From Camelus ferus (lineage: Eukaryota): a stretch of 64,000 nt of DNA. Shown in pieces: positions 57,286-64,000 of this stretch (positions are counted from its first letter, which is position 1; every line of letters starts with the position of its first letter). The position numbers were made by a program, and so were the translations under genes. Under the pieces are notes generated by a model that ran no database searches, was not told where the DNA came from, and saw only the letters and a program-made list of their open reading frames with translations. Location of the stretch: contig NC_045697.1 in the NCBI RefSeq assembly GCF_009834535.1, forward strand, positions 18,292,001 through 18,356,000, in the 5' to 3' direction.

Positions 57286-59711
57286 TGAGCCAACTCCCCA
57301 GCTCCAGTGAGCCCTTCTTCGAGTGAGGCTGCGAGACAAACAAGCCACCAAAGCAGAACACCCTCTGCCCTCTGTAATTCCTCACGTCCTGCACACCCTC
57401 CTGCCCCGGGTGCTGTTCCCCAGGGAGTGGGATGAGCCAATAAACGGGGTACCAAATTCACATCAGGCTATGTGTGGTCTATGCCAGCCGATCCATCTTC
57501 TCCCTGCACTGCCTGGGTCCCTTCTCCTTCTCTTCTACTTTTCCTCCAGCTGCTCCGTTCCGCCAATTCGTGGCTCCTACACTTTTGCCCACAGGCAGCC
57601 AAAAGGAAGAAAGGGCAAGAGGCAAATGCCATCGCTTGGGAGATTTTAGGGGCTCTTGTCGGGACGAATGTGGAAGCTACTGGCTGATGTGAAGTTTGAG
57701 AATGGCTTCTGTATTTCAAATATCCCTGATCACTGTCACACAAACTGGATAATTAAGGGTCTCTATACCTTGTTGTGAACTTCCGAGGTCCCGTGTTACA
57801 CAAAACAAGGAGTTAATGAATACTTCTAGAGGGTAACTGATGGTCTGTGGCCACTTACAGAGAATTCCGTACAAGATTCTGTCACAGCCACTGTCTGCTA
57901 ATGAGCCCCACGTACATCTGGGCCACTAATGCCCTCTTATTTCTTTGTCCTCTGGTTGTCTCACAAAAGCAAATACCCACTCAGAATATTTCAGCTCTAC
58001 AGCTGACATCAATACCAGCCATTGTGAGATCTGTTTTCTCATTTAAAGAAAAAAATTATACATTCGAGACCAGAGTTCGGAATAGACAGAATTACCTTCT
58101 ACAAGTGCCATTGTCACAGAAGGGGCGGGGCAGGCTGTTCTAGCCAAGTCTGGAGGACGGTAAGAGTTACTGATGGATGAGAACAGCAAGGGACTCTGTT
58201 TGGCAGAGCAAGACCAGCCCGGACCACACCACTCAGCACCCGGGACCTCAGTGGAAGCAGTTTCCATTACCCTTGGCTTTCAAGGCCCCCACCGTCTCTG
58301 AGGAGCCTCTCTGCATCTTAACCTTTAGTGACCTCAGAATTTTTTTGGCAGCTGCCGGAACCCGGGATCATGTTTTCAGAAATCTGCTTGGCATCGTTCC
58401 GTGACTTATCTTTCAGGCTTCGTCACAATTATTCATGCTTTGGCAGTATCCTAGCTACAGTCACAGTCCTGTACTTGGGCTGCTGCTGAAGGTTACTCTG
58501 TCCCAGCCAACGGGGGATGAATGTGTCCATCACCTTAGGACCCTGGCTTCAGGAAGCATGCTCCCCACGAGGCCAGGATCTTCAAGACATCTATGTAGAA
58601 AGCCGGTGTCAAACACCAGCCCTTATGACAAGCAAATAGGTAGGGATGACACGAAACAGGAATCGGTCCCCAAATCACAGACAATTTGTCTTTGGAATAC
58701 ATTCCAAGGCACACCCGGCTCTACACTTGGACACATGTTCATACGAACTCAAGTGCTAAACTCTGCTGGCTGCCTCTGGATTATATAAGGGCTTCGTCCT
58801 TCACCTCTGAATTGCGGATGGCAAATATCTTCTGGTTTTACCTTTTTATTTTCTCTCTCTCTTTGACATCCTGAATGTACTCTGTGGCCCGGGCTTCCTG
58901 CTTTGCATATCTTAGGCTACTTTAGACATAACCTCACATCCTGGCCAATTTCACAGTAGCTGCTAATTTAGAGAGCTTTGCTAATGGCCTATATACCTAT
59001 GAATGAGGGGAATGGGTTACAAGCAGGAAAATCTAGAAGGCAATATGCTAGCATGGCTAAGAACTGAGGCTCTGGAAGGAGACAGACTTGGGTTTCAATC
59101 TTGGACTACCTGTGTGGCCCAAGGCAACTAACTTAACCATTTCTGAGCCTCAGTTACCTCATTTGAACGAGGATCATAATAGCGCCTATCTCACTAGGTT
59201 AATGTTAAGGTTAACATTGGATAATGAATATAAATAGCCTAGCACAATGCAAACTATTGTTATTATTATTATTAATTAGGCTTCCAAATTATGGGGTAGC
59301 TTACTTCCTCCAGTGTCTCTATATTCTCAGGTCCTGCCTAGCTATTCTGTTCCACTTCTACCCTCCACCTGTCCACCCCCCTCCCCTGACCAATCACTTT
59401 CTCTAGGAAATATTCCTTGATGCACAACATATACATGATTATGCATCTCCTCAGTGGTTTCATGTTTTTCATGCATTCATGCGGACATTTTATATTTTCC
59501 CCAGTTTGCAATTGAACTTCTCCAAGGTCAAGAAGGCTTACCTGTCAGCAGTTTCTCGGGTAGCACATACTTCTAGAGCAAAATCCCTAGCAAATGGCTA
59601 GACCTTTAGGACAATAGGTGAAGCCCACTTTCCAAGTCACACTTTTACTTCCCTAGATTTTGCAAAACTTTCTTCTCCAATTGCAAAATGGCTTTCTTGT
59701 TTAGCCAAGTC

Positions 59712-59738
59712 TTTTTTTTTTTTTTTTTTTTTTTTTTT
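59712..59738. repeat. Poly-T tract
   Basis: About 27 consecutive T. Confidence 0.95.
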
Positions 59739-61199
59739 ACAGTAGCATATCTGAAGCCCATCTGAAGGAAACCCACATAGTCAGGGAGCACTGACATTTC
59801 CCTCTCCATGAGAGTTTCCAAATCCATTCCTTCCCTGTCTGCCAAGATACGCATCCACGCTCTGGTTACTTCCCACATTTACAGTATTTTCTATAATCTC
59901 TTTTCCGAGCCCTACCACACCGCTTCAGGAACTCACCATAGTCTGCCCAAAGCCCCATTTTTCTCCCCTGTGTGATCTGGTCTCTCAAATCCCCGTTGGT
60001 CCACACAGAACTTTTATACTTGCTCCATCATCTGTCTTTGCTCCCACGGACCACTTAGGCCTCATTGTTCTTGTTACTCTGATTTCTTGCAACTGTCAAG
60101 AAGCGGTCTTTCCTGGCCAGGTCTTGGGATTCCCTTGTGGAACGTTCCGACCGCTCATACATTAATGTTTCACACACTGCTCTACTACATCATTTCCGCC
60201 TCTGTGGGTAAACAGTGCCTTGTGGACGGGAATCATCTGTTTAAACTGAAACCCTGTCATTTGTTATGACAGTTTTATTTATGAGCCTGTGTGCTGTAAC
60301 CCTGTGGCATAAATATTAAATAATAATATCTCCTGGGTAAAAAAAAATCATTCATGTTAACTGACAACTTCTTATAAAAATAGGAACTAAATCCAACCAC
60401 AAAATCTGGTTCTGGCTTATTTTACAATATGAGGAAAAGCATGGATTGCTCAACAGGTAGAAGCAAAAGTAGAATTACAATCTACATTTTTACATCTTCT
60501 CGCTTCAAGACATGAAACATCTAAGAAGTAAAGAATGTTAAAAGAAACTTGGGCTGAGTGACAAATATCTTTGGAATCAAATTCGAATTCCTGCCAGTGT
60601 CTCCTAAGCAGTTTTTAGCCTCAGAGAAGACAGATTCGGAATAATGACAATGCCACATTAATGAAAAAGAATTCTGGATAATGACACTGCTCAATTTCTT
60701 TTTCTTTTTAGCATTCCATGAATTTCCTATTACATCAGTTTCATGATTCAGCATTTTCCATTTCATTTATTTACAGTAATATATGGCGAGATAACCCAAG
60801 GTTTCTGCAGGATCCCGGAACATAAGGTAGGCTGGACAGAAAGGGTGTCACCTTCTGTAAATTTACTATTGTTTAGGAGAATTCCAAGCAGAAGCAAGCA
60901 AGCCATCAAAGGAAATGAGGAATATTCCCCCACCTTGTTCTGAGGGTCTAAATTACTCTGGTATTTTAAAAGAGTTGGTTTTGAAAAATAGGTTACTGTC
61001 ATTTAGTTGAAGACTAAAACAGAAGCCAAGAAGTGTGCAAACAGTAAACTGGCATGCATGAGCCAAACGTGTTCTCTGAAATGACAATGTTCAAGACGCA
61101 GCTAAAGTCAGCAGTCTGGCGGTAAGCGTGTTGCAAAAAACTAGATTTCTTTCCGGCATCCGCAACTTGGTTGGAGTGACCATGGAGGAGTTGAAGAGC

Positions 61200-62900
<1,701 letters not shown>

Positions 62901-63577
62901 CTTCCACTTTGGACCGAGAAGAAAATGAATTAATTAGGCCAATGCAATTGCGCTCAAGCCCCAAGTGAAAGGGGTGAGGCTCTTGAAGTGCGCGAACAGC
63001 TTTAAAAAACATATATCCAGGTGCATCTTTGGCCCTGGGGACACAGATTGGGACTGGCTGGTTGCCAACTCGGATTCCGCCTCCAGGCCAGGGGTCCTGC
63101 TCGAGGGATCCCCAGCTCGCGCCAGCTCTGTGCTCTGGGAAGCGCGTGGCTGGGTCTAACAGCTCAGACAATTTGCTTGGGCCGCTCAGCTGCTCTGAAA
63201 CAGTTAACTCACCTTCGAAAGTTCTCAGCGGCTTCCCTTTGGCACTGGTGGATTTGTGCGGATTGGAACTAATAATAGATTGGGAGTCTGAGAGGACTCA
63301 GCCCTTTTTCCCTGTGGAAGGGCCACCACAGCAGGCCAAGTCCCGACCCCGACGGGCCTCAGGAGAGGCTGGTGTGAAGACAGGATGCCCTGGGTAGGGG
63401 TTAGACCAACTCTGGAATCCCCTGTGCCTGCATATGCCCTCAGACATCTCAGTACAGCCCTGGCCACACTTAGCAGCTTGGCTGAGTCATCCCTCACTTT
63501 TTTTAGGTCACCTAAGGGCTGTGGCCCTGGGTCAGGCTCTAGGCTCCGAGTCACTCGCTGCAAAGTAATGGCTTCTG

Positions 63578-63745
63578 TCAGTGGTTCTCAAACTTCAGCC
63601 TGCATCCTAGTCACCAGGAGGGCTTGTTAAAAGACGCATCTCTGAGCAACCTGGCTCGAATTCTGGTTTCATTTGGTCCTGGGTGGGGCTCAAGAAGCTG
63701 CCTTGCTAACAAGCTCGTATGTGATGCTACTGCTGGTTCTAGAAT
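63578..63745. mobile_element. MER5A-like hAT element
   Basis: CAGTGGTTCTCAAACTT...GGAGGGCTTGTTAAAA...CTAACAAGCTC...GTGATGCT. Confidence 0.75.
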
Positions 63746-64000
63746 CACCGGCTTATAAGAAAGGGTCACATGGCTCCTCTCTCATCCAGCAGCCACCACA
63801 TTAAAGTGTTTGAGGGTTTCTTTGTTTGACCACCCCTTGTCCCACTTCCACAGACCCAAAGCACTTAAAATTCTCCCGTGTGATGTAGAAAAACATTTAT
63901 TCCATCAAGTGTCCCAGGGGATAAAAGATTTGATGGCTTTGTCCCAGATCGTGTCCATATGTTTTTTTTAACGTTAGGTCAAAGTATAGACAATACTTTT

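Noticed and set aside
63247..63266. ERSE-like element (CCAAT...CCACC) on the minus strand
   Set aside because: Spacer is 10 nt, not 9, and it ends CCACC rather than CCACG.

Overview
Mammalian genomic DNA, most likely a camelid, judged from a Vic-1-type tRNA-Ala SINE and artiodactyl-type L1 3' ends. The window holds the 5' half of SEL1L3 on the minus strand: a CpG-island promoter at about 61.2-62.9 kb and coding exons 1-12 (61818 down to 741). All introns are GT-AG with consistent phases. The exons total 1,992 coding nt (664 aa) from the first usable ATG, and the gene continues off the left edge. Introns carry ordinary repeats (MIR, L2, L1, MLT1, MER5/20/58), an ERV1-like solo LTR and a full-length U6 snRNA retrocopy. 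I found no convincing novel multi-gene system. The most notable observation is at the SEL1L3 N-terminus. The codon matching the human/mouse annotated Met1 reads ATCG here, and a region matching a recalled human alternative first exon lacks its GT donor. That leaves a strong-Kozak downstream ATG that begins a signal-peptide-like segment. Gene identity, human isoform details and repeat family names come from memory, not database searches.
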